64,000 nt of DNA from Patescibacteria group bacterium UBA3533 (GCA_002376865.1 DFOU01000011.1:16969-80968), one strand, 5' to 3'; positions 52,670-63,201 are shown, counted from the stretch's first letter. Notes: generated by a model from the letters alone, not told the origin. Numbers and translations: made by a program.

Positions 52670-54751
52670 ATGAAAAAGAAAGGTCTGCTTAGATCACACC
52701 ACAAGAGAGTATTGGCTCTGTTTTTCGGAACAGGATTCCTTATGACAGGGATTCTTATTCTTTGGGTTGCCCTACTCCCTACTCCAGACCTCAATGCTTT
52801 TGAGGAGCGAAAGGTTGTACAATCTACAAAAATCTATGACCGTACAGGAGAAGTTCTTCTCTATGATTTAAGTCAGGATGTGAAGCGGAGCTTGGTTCCT
52901 CTATCTGACATTTCTCCATATATTCAAAATGCGACTATAGCACTTGAGGACGATCGTTTTTATGACCACTTTGGTGTTCGTCCAATTGCTTTTGTACGAG
53001 CAATTCTTGTAAATATTACAAAAGGATCATTCGCTCAAGGAGGATCAACAATCACACAGCAGGTTGTAAAAAACTCTATCCTTACTATCGATAAGAGTAT
53101 TTCTCGAAAGCTAAAAGAGTGGATTATCGCTATTAAGCTTGAGCAGGTGTACTCAAAGGATCAAATTCTTTCTGTCTATCTCAATGAATCTCCATATGGA
53201 GGAAACTTGTATGGAGCAGAGGAAGCCTCTCGTGCTTTCTTTGGAAAAAGTTCAAATGACGTAACGCTTGCAGAGGCTGCATACCTTGCAGCACTTCCTA
53301 AAGCACCTACTTTTTACTCTCCATATGGAAATAACAGAGACAAACTAGAAGAGCGAAAGAATTTTGCACTACTAAGAATGTCTCAGCTTGGATTTATTAC
53401 AGAAGAAGAGCACGAGTCAGCAAAAACAGAAGACGTTACCTTCCTCCTTCGAGGAGACCAAGGAATCAAAGCTCCTCATTTTGTATTTTATGTGCAAGAA
53501 AAACTAGAGGAGCTTTATGGTCCACGTGTAATTGAAGAAGGAGGACTTACTGTTATTACAACTCTTGATTTTGATCTTCAAGTTAAGGGTGAGGAGATTG
53601 TAAATCGATATGCACTAGCAAATGCTGAGCGACATGATGCAGAAAATGCTGCAATTATTGCTATTGATCCAACAAATGGAGAAATCCTCACCATGGTTGG
53701 TTCAAGAGACTACTTTGATACTGAAATTGATGGGAACTTTAATATTGCTCTAGCCGAGAGGCAGCCTGGATCTACCTTTAAACCATTTGTATATGTACAA
53801 GCTCTACGAGAAGGATACACACGAGACACAATTCTCTTTGACCTCCCTACTCAGTTCTCTGCTTCTTGTGATTCAGACAAGTTTGAAAGTGATGATGAGT
53901 GTTATTCACCTGGAAACTATGATGACCTCTTCCGTGGGCCAATGAAATTGATTGATGCTCTTGCACAATCAGTTAACGTACCTGCCGTTAAGGCTCTGTA
54001 TCTTGTTGGAATTCAGGATGTAATTAATCTTGCCTCAAGAATGGGACTCACTACCCTAACTGATCCTGATCGATACGGACTTTCTCTTGTGCTTGGAGGT
54101 GGAGAAGTTCAACTTATCGACATAACAAGTGCTTATGGAGTATTTGCAACCAATGGAGTGAGAAACGATGAGTTTGCCATTAAAGAAATTCGGGATAAAA
54201 ACGGTGATATAGTCTATGAATCATCTCTTTCTCCTAAAGTTGTTCTAGAAGAGGCTGCTGCAAAAGAATTGAACTTCATGCTTTCAAATAATGAAGCTCG
54301 AACTCCAGCATTTGGAGCAAACTCTCCTCTACACTTTGCAGGATATGACGTTGCTGCAAAAACAGGAACAACAAATGATTATCGAGATGCGTGGATTATT
54401 GGATATACACCAAACATTGCAGTTGGAGCGTGGGCTGGAAACAATGACAACAGACCAATGGATAAGCAGGTAGCTGGATTTATTATTGCTCCACTATGGA
54501 ATGAGTTTATGCGAGAAGCTCTCCTTACTCGCCCAAGAGCATTCTTCTCTGAGACTCCTCCTGTACCGCAAGACATCAAACCCATCCTTCGAGGTGTGTG
54601 GAATGTGGAGAATAATATTGGACACTCAATCCTTCATTATGTAGACAAGAACAATCCCAGAGGGCCTCAACCTCTATTGCCTGGAAATGATTCTCAATAC
54701 GCACACTGGGAGTACTCTGTGCAGAATTGGTTGTTTGGAGGTGTTAATTAA
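52670..54751 (+). CDS. class A penicillin-binding protein (transglycosylase plus transpeptidase)
   Basis: GT51 motifs ALEDDRFYDHFGV and GGSTITQQ; transpeptidase STFKPF, SVN and KTGT motifs. Confidence 0.9.
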   Translation: MKKKGLLRSHHKRVLALFFGTGFLMTGILILWVALLPTPDLNAFEERKVVQSTKIYDRTGEVLLYDLSQDVKRSLVPLSDISPYIQNATIALEDDRFYDHFGVRPIAFVRAILVNITKGSFAQGGSTITQQVVKNSILTIDKSISRKLKEWIIAIKLEQVYSKDQILSVYLNESPYGGNLYGAEEASRAFFGKSSNDVTLAEAAYLAALPKAPTFYSPYGNNRDKLEERKNFALLRMSQLGFITEEEHESAKTEDVTFLLRGDQGIKAPHFVFYVQEKLEELYGPRVIEEGGLTVITTLDFDLQVKGEEIVNRYALANAERHDAENAAIIAIDPTNGEILTMVGSRDYFDTEIDGNFNIALAERQPGSTFKPFVYVQALREGYTRDTILFDLPTQFSASCDSDKFESDDECYSPGNYDDLFRGPMKLIDALAQSVNVPAVKALYLVGIQDVINLASRMGLTTLTDPDRYGLSLVLGGGEVQLIDITSAYGVFATNGVRNDEFAIKEIRDKNGDIVYESSLSPKVVLEEAAAKELNFMLSNNEARTPAFGANSPLHFAGYDVAAKTGTTNDYRDAWIIGYTPNIAVGAWAGNNDNRPMDKQVAGFIIAPLWNEFMREALLTRPRAFFSETPPVPQDIKPILRGVWNVENNIGHSILHYVDKNNPRGPQPLLPGNDSQYAHWEYSVQNWLFGGVN

Positions 54752-55107
54752 ATAAGAACTTCCTTCTCATTTATAAGATGAGTATGAAAATGTGCCGGAA
54801 TTGATTTATTTCTCATCATCGGTTCAAACATATATCCATAATTAGAATGGATATATTCTTTTTTAATTAGAAGCATCTCTTCAAACTCTTCTTGCGTTAA
54901 TTCTTCTTCTCCTACATGTCTTTTTGAAACCAACATGTCATGATCTTTTGCAATAAGGTCATACGGAAATTTATTTTTAATTATTTTCCAATGATTCCAT
55001 TCTTTTATTGATGGTTCATTACAAAGAGGACACTCTTTAAGTCCTCCATTATTTTTTTCTTTTGTATATAAAGCTTCAGTTTCTTTTGTTCTAAAGATCT
55101 TTCCCAT
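54748..55107 (-). CDS. HIT-like (histidine triad) family protein
   Basis: C-terminal HFHTHLI histidine triad; AT-rich. Confidence 0.5.
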   Translation of the reverse strand: MGKIFRTKETEALYTKEKNNGGLKECPLCNEPSIKEWNHWKIIKNKFPYDLIAKDHDMLVSKRHVGEEELTQEEFEEMLLIKKEYIHSNYGYMFEPMMRNKSIPAHFHTHLINEKEVLI

Positions 55108-55108
55108 A

Positions 55109-56203
55109 TTATCGATTCATCGGCATTACAATATACGTAAATGTAGTGTCTCCCACCCCCTGAATAAGAAGTGGCTTCCCAGGACCTGCAAATGAGAATT
55201 GCGTACTATCTGAATTAATAACTCCATATACTTCAGATACATACCTGTGGTTAAAGTTCATAGAAATATCATCTCCTTCAAGAGCAGCTTGTACTGTCTC
55301 TACTGTCTCTCCCGTATCCATGTTCTGAGCGAGCAAAATAAACTTCTTTCCTTCAGGAGATACATCCACCGTTACCTTTGAGAAACTGTCGCTAAAGATA
55401 GCAACGGTCTTTAGAGCATCTAAAAGATCTTGCGTAAGGATAGTTGCGTGCGTTGTAAAGCTCTTTGGAAGGATTTGTGTGTAGTCGGGGAAGTTTCCAG
55501 TTGTAAGTCGTGAAGTAACAAATCCTTTTCCAGTATCAAATGTCACATGATGCTCATCAAGTGATACAGAAACAGTATCTGCTCCATCTAAAATAGAAAT
55601 AATATCGGGTACATTTCGTGCTGGCACCAAAATAGGATCAAATTCAGTACTTTTATCTACAGGAACCTTCTTTTCAGCAAGGCGGAATGAATCAGTTGCA
55701 ACAGAAACAAGTCCTTCATCTGTTCCTTTCAAATAAATAGAAGCGAGCTCAGGTCGAATCATCGATAGAGAGGCGCAAAATGCCACGCTATCAAAACTTT
55801 GAGCTAGTTTAGGACCAGGTATCGTAAAGGTAGTTCCTGATGCTTTAGGAAGGTCTGGGAAGTCTTCTGCAGAGATAGTTTTAATCTTAGTTGAACCAAC
55901 CTTTGTCTTTGCAGTTACGATATCTCCTGATGCTTTTAGAGAAAGAGTCTCATCTCCTTTTAGTGTTCCAACAAAGCTTGTAAGGATAGGTGCTGGGATT
56001 GCTACCTCACCCTCTTCAGTTACCTTTCCAGGCAATACAAACTCAATACCAACTTCTAGGTTTGTTGCTCTCACCATCACCTTATTGTCTTTTGCAATTA
56101 GAACAACACAACCTAGTACAGGCAGTTGAGGATTTTTTTGTACAACGCGTGCAGCTCCTTTCACTGCATGTTGTATATCCCTGTGCTTAATTTCTATATA
56201 CAT
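55109..56203 (-). CDS. dnaN: DNA polymerase III beta sliding clamp
   Basis: 364 aa, three-domain clamp pattern; directly downstream of dnaA. Confidence 0.85.
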   Translation of the reverse strand: MYIEIKHRDIQHAVKGAARVVQKNPQLPVLGCVVLIAKDNKVMVRATNLEVGIEFVLPGKVTEEGEVAIPAPILTSFVGTLKGDETLSLKASGDIVTAKTKVGSTKIKTISAEDFPDLPKASGTTFTIPGPKLAQSFDSVAFCASLSMIRPELASIYLKGTDEGLVSVATDSFRLAEKKVPVDKSTEFDPILVPARNVPDIISILDGADTVSVSLDEHHVTFDTGKGFVTSRLTTGNFPDYTQILPKSFTTHATILTQDLLDALKTVAIFSDSFSKVTVDVSPEGKKFILLAQNMDTGETVETVQAALEGDDISMNFNHRYVSEVYGVINSDSTQFSFAGPGKPLLIQGVGDTTFTYIVMPMNR

Positions 56204-56434
56204 AAGTTATTGTTGTTATTAGTACTGTGGAGAGGTGGAAAAGTCTTTTATATCCCTCTATTCTCCCCTCCTTCTCTCCTGCTCCCTGTTGATAGTGTTG
56301 TGTTCCCAGAAAATATTTTTGTGTATAATTTTTCTTTTTTTAAAGTCGGTGTGGAAAAGGTCATTTTTGTTAGATTGTTATCCCAGTCTTTTTTATTTCT
56401 TTTCCACAGTACTTTACCCACAGTATCCCCAGGG
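56204..56434. other. putative oriC (dnaA-dnaN intergenic): DnaA-box-like 9-mers plus an AT-rich unwinding element
   Basis: tgtggaaaa (56348-56356), ttttccaca (56398-56406), ttacccaca (56412-56420), ttatcccag, and the AT tract gaaaatatttttgtgtataatttttctttttttaaag. Confidence 0.5.
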
Positions 56435-57790
56435 TTATACGAGTAATCCTCGTACCTGATCGACTTCCTCACTGAGGGCAGTATCAGTGAGAAGCTCTCT
56501 CTTAATCTTCTCACATGAGTGGATTACGGTTGTATGGTCCCTTCCGCCAAGCTTACTTCCAATAGTTGGGTACGACACACTGAAATCTTCTCGGAGGATA
56601 TACATAATTACCTGCCGAGGGCGTACCACCTCCCTCCTTCTTGTCTTCTCATAGATTGATTCCTCATCAATTCCGTAGAATTCAGCAATCTTAGAGACGA
56701 TGTTCTTAACAGAGATCGATCGCTGAGGCTTACTAATGGTTTTAAGGATGTGTTTTACGTCATTTAGACTTGGTGTCTCCCCTTTTAGCTGTGCTTGGCA
56801 CACAATACTGTTTAATATTCCCTCAAGTTCTCGAATACTCCCCTTTGCAGAGGTTGCAATGAACTCAATTGTCTCCTCAGGCAATACAATTCCATGTTGT
56901 GTTGCCTTCTTTCGAAGGATTGAGATACGAGAATCAGTATCTGGCTCTCCAATATCTACAATCATTCCCATTGAGAAGCGAGTTTGCAGCCTATCTGCAA
57001 TCTCAGGGATGTGATTAGGGTTTCGATCTGATGAGAAAACAATTTGTTTGTTGTTATCGTGTAGATAATTAAACAAATGGAACAATTCTTCCTGTGTTTT
57101 CTCCATTTTGGCGATAAATTGAATATCGTCCATGATAAGAAGGTCATATTGACGGTACTTCTCCTTAAATCTATTTGCCGTTCCGTTTGCAACGGCACTT
57201 TGGAACTCATGAGCGAACTTCTCAGATGCTAGGTAGAAGACTTTTCGGTTTGGATACAGTCTTTTGTATTCATTTCCAATAGATTGGATAAGGTGAGTCT
57301 TCCCTCTTCCTGTGTCTCCATAGATAAATAGAGGGTTGTACGTTATTCCAGGTCTTTTAACTGAAGCATTTGCTGCAGCATATGCCAATTCATTAAAAGA
57401 ACCCACAACAAACGAATCAAACGTATATCGTGGGTTTAGATTGTCACTCTTGTTGATGTAGTACTGCTCAAGAGGAAGCTCTCCTGTAGCATTCTTGGTC
57501 TTATATGAGCGGTCTGCGTGCCTTCTCTTCTCGTCTCGTACAATAATGTACTCAATATTTCGTATATCCTCACTAATTCCAAGCACAATTTGTAAAAGAA
57601 GCTTATGGAATTTCTTTATGTACCAGTCTTTAAAGAATTGAGATGGCACTCCAATGTAGACAACGCTGTCATCTATCCGTACAATACCGCTGTCCTTAAA
57701 CCATGTGTTGAAGTTGGCAGATGAAATAGAGAGTTCAACCTGAGCTAATATTTTTTCCCACAATTCACGCGTATCAATCTGAGTGTTCAT
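56435..57790 (-). CDS. dnaA: chromosomal replication initiator DnaA
   Basis: Walker A GDTGRGKTHL; C-terminal DNA-binding signature GGRDHTTVIHSCEKIK. Confidence 0.95.
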   Translation of the reverse strand: MNTQIDTRELWEKILAQVELSISSANFNTWFKDSGIVRIDDSVVYIGVPSQFFKDWYIKKFHKLLLQIVLGISEDIRNIEYIIVRDEKRRHADRSYKTKNATGELPLEQYYINKSDNLNPRYTFDSFVVGSFNELAYAAANASVKRPGITYNPLFIYGDTGRGKTHLIQSIGNEYKRLYPNRKVFYLASEKFAHEFQSAVANGTANRFKEKYRQYDLLIMDDIQFIAKMEKTQEELFHLFNYLHDNNKQIVFSSDRNPNHIPEIADRLQTRFSMGMIVDIGEPDTDSRISILRKKATQHGIVLPEETIEFIATSAKGSIRELEGILNSIVCQAQLKGETPSLNDVKHILKTISKPQRSISVKNIVSKIAEFYGIDEESIYEKTRRREVVRPRQVIMYILREDFSVSYPTIGSKLGGRDHTTVIHSCEKIKRELLTDTALSEEVDQVRGLLV

Positions 57791-57889
57791 AACAATGTAT
57801 TATAAAGATCTGAGCGGAAGTTTAAAGGCCTAGAAAAAACCCTGATTCATTGCCAAATTTTTAACAACCTGTTAGTATCCTGTGGATAT

Positions 57890-58036
57890 ATGCCAAAGCG
57901 AACATACCAACCAAATAAGAGGAAGCGAGCCAAGACACATGGTTTCCTTTCACGAACCGCTTCCCCAACTGGGAAAAACGTACTAAAAGCGCGACGACGT
58001 AAGGGTCGAGCAAGTCTTTCAGTATCTTCTAAATAA
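57890..58036 (+). CDS. rpmH: 50S ribosomal protein L34
   Basis: Hand-translated [48 protein letters not shown] (below the ORF-track size cutoff). TAATG overlap with rnpA. A DnaA-box-like tgtggatat lies immediately upstream. Confidence 0.85.
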   Translation: MPKRTYQPNKRKRAKTHGFLSRTASPTGKNVLKARRRKGRASLSVSSK

Positions 58037-58347
58037 TGCTTAAGAAGGAACAACGTCTTAGTCGAGATAAGTTCAATAGCATCTTTGCAAGTGGAAAACG
58101 CATCCATAGTGATGCGTTTTCGCTTATATACTCCCCTACTACGGATGTGCCGTGTGCTTCTGTTGTTGTTTCTAAAAAGGTTGCAGGAGGAGTTATTGCT
58201 CGCAACTTACTAAAGCGAAAACTCTATAATGTTATTAAAACAAACTTAGTGCACGACACCATTTTGCTTACAAAGAAAGGAATTAAAGGCAAAAGTTTTG
58301 AGGAACTTGTAGAAATTTATAACGACCTGCTTACAAAAGCGAAATAA
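58036..58347 (+). CDS. rnpA: ribonuclease P protein component
   Basis: Basic 103-aa protein (VVVSKKVAGGVIARNLLKRKL); conserved rpmH-rnpA-yidC order. Confidence 0.8.
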   Translation: MLKKEQRLSRDKFNSIFASGKRIHSDAFSLIYSPTTDVPCASVVVSKKVAGGVIARNLLKRKLYNVIKTNLVHDTILLTKKGIKGKSFEELVEIYNDLLTKAK

Positions 58348-58365
58348 GGTAGAATACATCTCACT

Positions 58366-59133
58366 ATGATCGGAAACATTTTTCACGCAGTAGCGTACGA
58401 CCCTATTTATAACCTTTTAGTATTTCTTGTAGACGTTATCCCTGGAGGTGATGTAGGTCTTGCGGTAGTTTTAGCTACTGTTGTGGTGAAGATTGTTCTC
58501 TTCCCTCTTTCGCTCTCTGCCGTACGTACGCAGATGGTGATGAAGATTGCGCAGCCTAAAATTAAAGAGATTCAGGAGCGTCTAAAGGATAAGCGAGAAG
58601 AAATGGCAAAAGAGCTTATGGCTCTCTATAAGGAGTATAAGATTAATCCTTTCTCATCTCTCCTACTCTTCCTTATCCAGATCCCTATTATTATCGCCCT
58701 GTACCTCGTGTTCCTTCGAGAAGCCTTTCCAGAGGTAAATGTAGATCTTCTCTATTCATTTGTTGCTATTCCAGAGGTCATAAGTCTTCAGTTCCTAGGA
58801 TTTATTGATGTAACAGGACGAAGTATCATCCTCGCACTTCTTGCAGGTATTACAGCTTATTTCCAGGTTCGTTTTGCGATGCCAGCTCCAGGACCACGGA
58901 AAGAAAATGCGTCTATGAAAGACGACATGATTCGAAACCTACAGATTCAGATGCGATTTATGATGCCTGTGCTTATTACAATCTTTGCATATGTAATTTC
59001 AGCTGCGGTGGCTCTCTATTTTGTTGCAAGCAACCTCTTTGCAATTGGACAAGAGCTTTATATGCGTCAGACAGTAAAGAAGGAAAAGAAAGAAGAGGAA
59101 GGAATTGTGGATGCTGAGGTGAAGGAAGTTTAA
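58366..59133 (+). CDS. yidC: membrane protein insertase YidC (short form)
   Basis: TVVVKIVLFPLS...KIAQPKIKEIQERLKDKREEMAKELMALYKEYKINPFSS. Confidence 0.9.
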   Translation: MIGNIFHAVAYDPIYNLLVFLVDVIPGGDVGLAVVLATVVVKIVLFPLSLSAVRTQMVMKIAQPKIKEIQERLKDKREEMAKELMALYKEYKINPFSSLLLFLIQIPIIIALYLVFLREAFPEVNVDLLYSFVAIPEVISLQFLGFIDVTGRSIILALLAGITAYFQVRFAMPAPGPRKENASMKDDMIRNLQIQMRFMMPVLITIFAYVISAAVALYFVASNLFAIGQELYMRQTVKKEKKEEEGIVDAEVKEV

Positions 59134-59201
59134 GTTCTTTACAAAAAAATTATTCTATGTGACATTGCACCTAGCAAAGGCTCTTTAGAAGGAAGAGAAC
59201 A

Positions 59202-59510
59202 ATGGAAAAATATAGAATCTTTTTTCCACTTGGTATTTCGCGGGTAAAAAAAGAAGAAGATATAAAAGGACTGCGAGATATTCTTGGTAAATTTGAGTTT
59301 CTTGGTGTGAATGTTTCTCGAACCTCAGAGACAGCTTTCTCGATTAGCCTCAATCGTACGAAAGTTCCAACAGCTCGTAGTGGACTAAAGGACATTAGTG
59401 AGACTGTTGGAGGTCTTGTTGGAGACAGCCTACGTTTGATGTTTGGCCAGAAAATCAAAATCTTATCTCCGAGGGAAAATGGTGTAGAAGTCGTTTTTTA
59501 CAAAGAGTGA
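59202..59510 (+). CDS. hypothetical protein (102 aa), possibly a small Jag/KhpB-like RNA-binding protein by position
   Basis: AGGAAGAGAACA then ATG; position after yidC; no confident motif. Confidence 0.35.
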   Translation: MEKYRIFFPLGISRVKKEEDIKGLRDILGKFEFLGVNVSRTSETAFSISLNRTKVPTARSGLKDISETVGGLVGDSLRLMFGQKIKILSPRENGVEVVFYKE

Positions 59511-59519
59511 CAATCAGAC

Positions 59520-59560
59520 AAAAACGCCTCATGTTACTTAACATGAGGCGTTTTTCTTTT
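59520..59560 (+). terminator. strong bidirectional terminator (aaaacgcctcatgtta / taacatgaggcgtttt)
   Basis: 16-bp perfect stem followed by tctttt. Confidence 0.7.
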
Positions 59561-60746
59561 AGAGATCAAATCCCCAAAGAGTGCCGTCTCTCCTGTTGAT
59601 GAAGGTTAGATAATCTTCATCCTCATCTACCGAAAGGTTAATTCCATCAAATGGCCCGCTCTCATCAAAGAATGCAATTGCTCGTGCTGTTCCAAGAGCA
59701 GCATTAATGCGCCACAGAGAGTCAGTAAATGAAATATATCCTTGGTACCAGTGCTCTGGATAGTTTGCAGGAGGTATGATCTCAGGAACCATACAATAGA
59801 GTGTTGTCTCATCTCCCCACACACACTTCTCAGGAAGTACTGCAAGCGGCAGTGCTTTTATTTCATCATCTCCCCTATCGTAGAGAGCTGATGTGTATGA
59901 CCTGTCTGAAGACTCGCTAAATACTACAAACTCTCCCGCTTCATTTGGAAGTGCGGTAAGTCCATTGATTCCTCCAAGGATTCGCTTCTGCGATCCATTT
60001 TCATAAAAATAAAGTGCGCCAGCGAGCGTGCTTACTGGCTTGGTAAGAACAGCAGCAAAAGACTCAGCAAACGAAGGAACAAGAATGCTTAGAAGATTGC
60101 TTTCAAATGAAAGACTCTCCCCTCTTCCTTCATTGTCTGAGATAAACCCTTCGCTTCCCCTCTCTGTTGTATGAACAGAAAGAAGTGAGTCATTAAATGT
60201 TTGCACTGCAGGTAAATCAACATCAAGGTATGAGCCATTGAGTGATCCTCCAGCAAGATCTCCAAGGTATGTTTCTATCTCTCCATCTCCATTCACGTAT
60301 CTAAAGACAACTTTGCTTGGATCGTTAAACCAGTGGACGTCCTGGATACCTGGGAAGGTTGTATTTGAAGTTCTTTCAGCTGTATTTTCTTCTGGATCGT
60401 ATGAGAAGACGTGCCCTGTTTGTTTGTCTACATACTGCACAACTGGTGTGCGTACAGACTCTGTTGTGCTCCCTACCGTTACTTCTATCTCATTTGTTCG
60501 AACAATAACTCCAGCTACAGGAGCTTCATGAATTTGTGTGAGAATAGTTTTTTCCTGTATTGGAGTGTCGTCAACAACAAAATCGATGTTGTCATCCTCT
60601 GGAATAGTTATAGGAGATCCTCCAGAACCAAATGATGGATTATTGTTTGGTGTTCCTGAAGTATCTCGAAGGACAAAGAAGTACACTCCCCCTGCAAGAA
60701 GGACGAAGAGAAGAATTATTCCTAAAAAGATTGCGATTCGGTTCAT
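59559..60746 (-). CDS. membrane-anchored hypothetical protein (395 aa), large extracytoplasmic domain
   Basis: N-terminal TM (IAIFLGIILLFVLLAGGVYFFVL); no recognised domain. Confidence 0.45.
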   Translation of the reverse strand: MNRIAIFLGIILLFVLLAGGVYFFVLRDTSGTPNNNPSFGSGGSPITIPEDDNIDFVVDDTPIQEKTILTQIHEAPVAGVIVRTNEIEVTVGSTTESVRTPVVQYVDKQTGHVFSYDPEENTAERTSNTTFPGIQDVHWFNDPSKVVFRYVNGDGEIETYLGDLAGGSLNGSYLDVDLPAVQTFNDSLLSVHTTERGSEGFISDNEGRGESLSFESNLLSILVPSFAESFAAVLTKPVSTLAGALYFYENGSQKRILGGINGLTALPNEAGEFVVFSESSDRSYTSALYDRGDDEIKALPLAVLPEKCVWGDETTLYCMVPEIIPPANYPEHWYQGYISFTDSLWRINAALGTARAIAFFDESGPFDGINLSVDEDEDYLTFINRRDGTLWGFDL

Positions 60747-60749
60747 GTT

Positions 60750-61679
60750 TTAAAATAGTCCACACCTAACACCTCCACTTCCTCCAACAATTTCTAATCT
60801 TTCAACAATACTGTCTCCAACTCGTGTTCGTGTTGTCGGCATGAGCTCAAGAATTCCTGCATGGAGAAGTTCCGTAACTTTATTGTCTGCCCAAGTACTA
60901 TTAGCATTTTCATCAATTTGATTACACAGCCCAGCTTTTACACGACCAGTAATATTAATGGCTGCACCCTGTATAACTGTCCCAAGTTCGTTATCTAAAT
61001 AAATATCAGCTTTAACAGCAATATTTATTGTTCTCTGGTCACAAAAGACTTCATTGTGTGTTCCTCCATCAGCTCTTACTCTTCTGCTGTCCAGCAAACC
61101 TTCTGTACTAGAGCAACATCTCGCAAGTTCAGTATGAGACATGTCTTCTACGGTCGGTAGGTGACCATCTCTTTCTGGCCCAATAACATTCTGTTTGTTG
61201 CCCCTCCAAGCGACATCAGTACATGCAGCAGAAATGGTTCCTTCAACTCCTCCAGGACCTCCTACTCCATTATCAATAGGGTTTCTTCCGTATTTGTCAG
61301 GATCAAGATTATCTAAATTGAAATTAAGATTCAAAATATCTTGATTGATAACTCCAAATACAATAACTGGAGAAAGCAGAAGCAGAAGTCCAAGGATTGC
61401 TCTTTGGATATCTTCTCTTCCTGCACTCTTTTCCCCCACCGCCTCACTTGTCATGTATCTAAATCCTCCATACATAATGATAAGTACTGCAAGAATAGCT
61501 CCAAGACCAACTCCATACTGATAGAGTTGATTTACAAATGAACCGATGTTCTCTTGGTTTCCTGTTTCTACACCAATGTCAGTTAAAGGTTCTACAGTAA
61601 TAGCGCCTTGTGCGAGAGCTTCTGCGCCAAAAAGAAGTGCAAGTGCAAGAAGTCCGAATGTATAAAGTGTTGCTTTCAT
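60750..61679 (-). CDS. hypothetical secreted/membrane protein; N-terminal part has VirB2/TrbC-pilin-like topology
   Basis: Signal peptide, two closely spaced TM helices (LGAILAVLIIMYGGF / ILGLLLLLSPVIVFGVI), then a Cys-containing extension of about 190 aa. Confidence 0.4.
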   Translation of the reverse strand: MKATLYTFGLLALALLFGAEALAQGAITVEPLTDIGVETGNQENIGSFVNQLYQYGVGLGAILAVLIIMYGGFRYMTSEAVGEKSAGREDIQRAILGLLLLLSPVIVFGVINQDILNLNFNLDNLDPDKYGRNPIDNGVGGPGGVEGTISAACTDVAWRGNKQNVIGPERDGHLPTVEDMSHTELARCCSSTEGLLDSRRVRADGGTHNEVFCDQRTINIAVKADIYLDNELGTVIQGAAINITGRVKAGLCNQIDENANSTWADNKVTELLHAGILELMPTTRTRVGDSIVERLEIVGGSGGVRCGLF

Positions 61680-61680
61680 A

Positions 61681-62679
61681 TTAGAAATTAAATAATCCTG
61701 AATTTTCAATACCAAAAGTAAATGCTGCTGAATCACTTCCTTGGATAACCACTTCCTTAGGGTGTTCGATTGAAACACTTACCTGTGCTTTCCCTCTTCC
61801 ATTCCCTGCTTGGCGAAGGGTGATGGTTCCAAGGTCATCATTGGTGCTTTCTACTGTCTTTCCATTTAACTTCCACTTATATGTAATAGGAAGAGAGCTT
61901 CTGTATGTCCCCGGTACATAAAATGGCTCTGCATTAATTGTAACCTCTTCTTCTGCAAGCTCTGATTCGTTTGCCAAGATACTCGCAGTACTTAGTCCAA
62001 GAAGTGGGTTAATGGCATAGAGTAGCACCTGAGGAGTTTCAGTTTTTAGAGAAACAACCTCTCTTCCTTGTACTTTTCCATCAGCACTTTCTACGTCTAC
62101 ACGAACTTCAAGCCTTCTGCTGTATGGAGCCGCGGTTGTCTTTAGAATGTTTCGTCCAGCGCCAGATAGTGATCCTTGCACGGTTCCATTTACACGCCAT
62201 GTGTAGATAAAATCTTCAGCATCGTATCCATTTCCAAAAAACGGGGTTGCAACAACACGAATAGGTGCCTCATGTGTAGGAAGAGCCCTTCCTTTATATA
62301 GTGGTGGTGTGTAGGTGTTGGGTTCAACAATAAGATCAATTGCAGATGTGGTTATGGCAGTGCTGTGAGAGATAGTTTCCCCTCCCCTTGTTGCGGTAAA
62401 GGCAACAGTTTTTCTTTCTCCAACATCTCCTGCAATTACCTCAATACTTTTTATTCCCTTCCCCTCCTTTACAATCTCCCCATCAACTCTCCAGGTTGTA
62501 TATGCTCGAGAAATATCAAAAGAGTATGTCTCTGCAAAGACAGTAACCACTTCTCCTGTGTCAGGGAATTGAGGATTTATTTCAAAATCAAAGGCACGCT
62601 CCACCTGCGCTGCAGCAGGTAATGCGCTCAAAAGAGAAAGTACTAAAAGTGCACTAAAAATCCGTACAAGTGCTTGCAT
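61681..62679 (-). CDS. secreted protein with three Ig/PKD-like repeats
   Basis: Signal peptide; repeats WRVDGEIV, WRVNGTVQ and WKLNGKTV. Confidence 0.5.
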   Translation of the reverse strand: MQALVRIFSALLVLSLLSALPAAAQVERAFDFEINPQFPDTGEVVTVFAETYSFDISRAYTTWRVDGEIVKEGKGIKSIEVIAGDVGERKTVAFTATRGGETISHSTAITTSAIDLIVEPNTYTPPLYKGRALPTHEAPIRVVATPFFGNGYDAEDFIYTWRVNGTVQGSLSGAGRNILKTTAAPYSRRLEVRVDVESADGKVQGREVVSLKTETPQVLLYAINPLLGLSTASILANESELAEEEVTINAEPFYVPGTYRSSLPITYKWKLNGKTVESTNDDLGTITLRQAGNGRGKAQVSVSIEHPKEVVIQGSDSAAFTFGIENSGLFNF

Positions 62680-62727
62680 ATAGTGCTATGGTAGCACGCA
62701 CTACAGAAGAAAAAGTGTGGTTTTCAA

Positions 62728-63201
62728 CTATGCTGCTCGCTTCTGCTCCTCCTCTTTTTGATTATCATTTGCGGCCTTGGCAACTTTGCTTACAACTTTT
62801 CCCGCTGGAGTTGCTTTAAGTAAGAAATCAGGCACAAGTGATGCAGGAAATCCTTTTGATCCATTTGCTTCAATTAGTGTAAAGAGAACTGATCCTGAAA
62901 GAATTGGCATTGCTGTCAAAAAAGGTAGTGCTTCAAGCAATAGCCCCCCAGTTCGTGAAAGGAATGACATTGGTTTCTTAATATTGAAAAATTGTACGTT
63001 AAGGAAGGCAAACCAGATTATAAATACCATATACGCAAAGATAGTAACTGGTGTTGTGATTACAAAAACAAGAACTTGGGTTACTACAGTTGGAAGAAAG
63101 CCAAGCATTGTCTCTACAAGCTGGAAAAGATCAAAGAAACCAGCGACAAGTAGCATTGCGCTAGCAGGAAGCATTCCTATTTTTGGTTTATTAGGCTCCA
63201 T
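62728..63201 (-). CDS. polytopic membrane protein immediately downstream of the VirB4-like gene
   Basis: 3-4 TM helices; 11-nt overlap with the VirB4-like gene. Confidence 0.4.
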   Translation of the reverse strand: MEPNKPKIGMLPASAMLLVAGFFDLFQLVETMLGFLPTVVTQVLVFVITTPVTIFAYMVFIIWFAFLNVQFFNIKKPMSFLSRTGGLLLEALPFLTAMPILSGSVLFTLIEANGSKGFPASLVPDFLLKATPAGKVVSKVAKAANDNQKEEEQKRAA

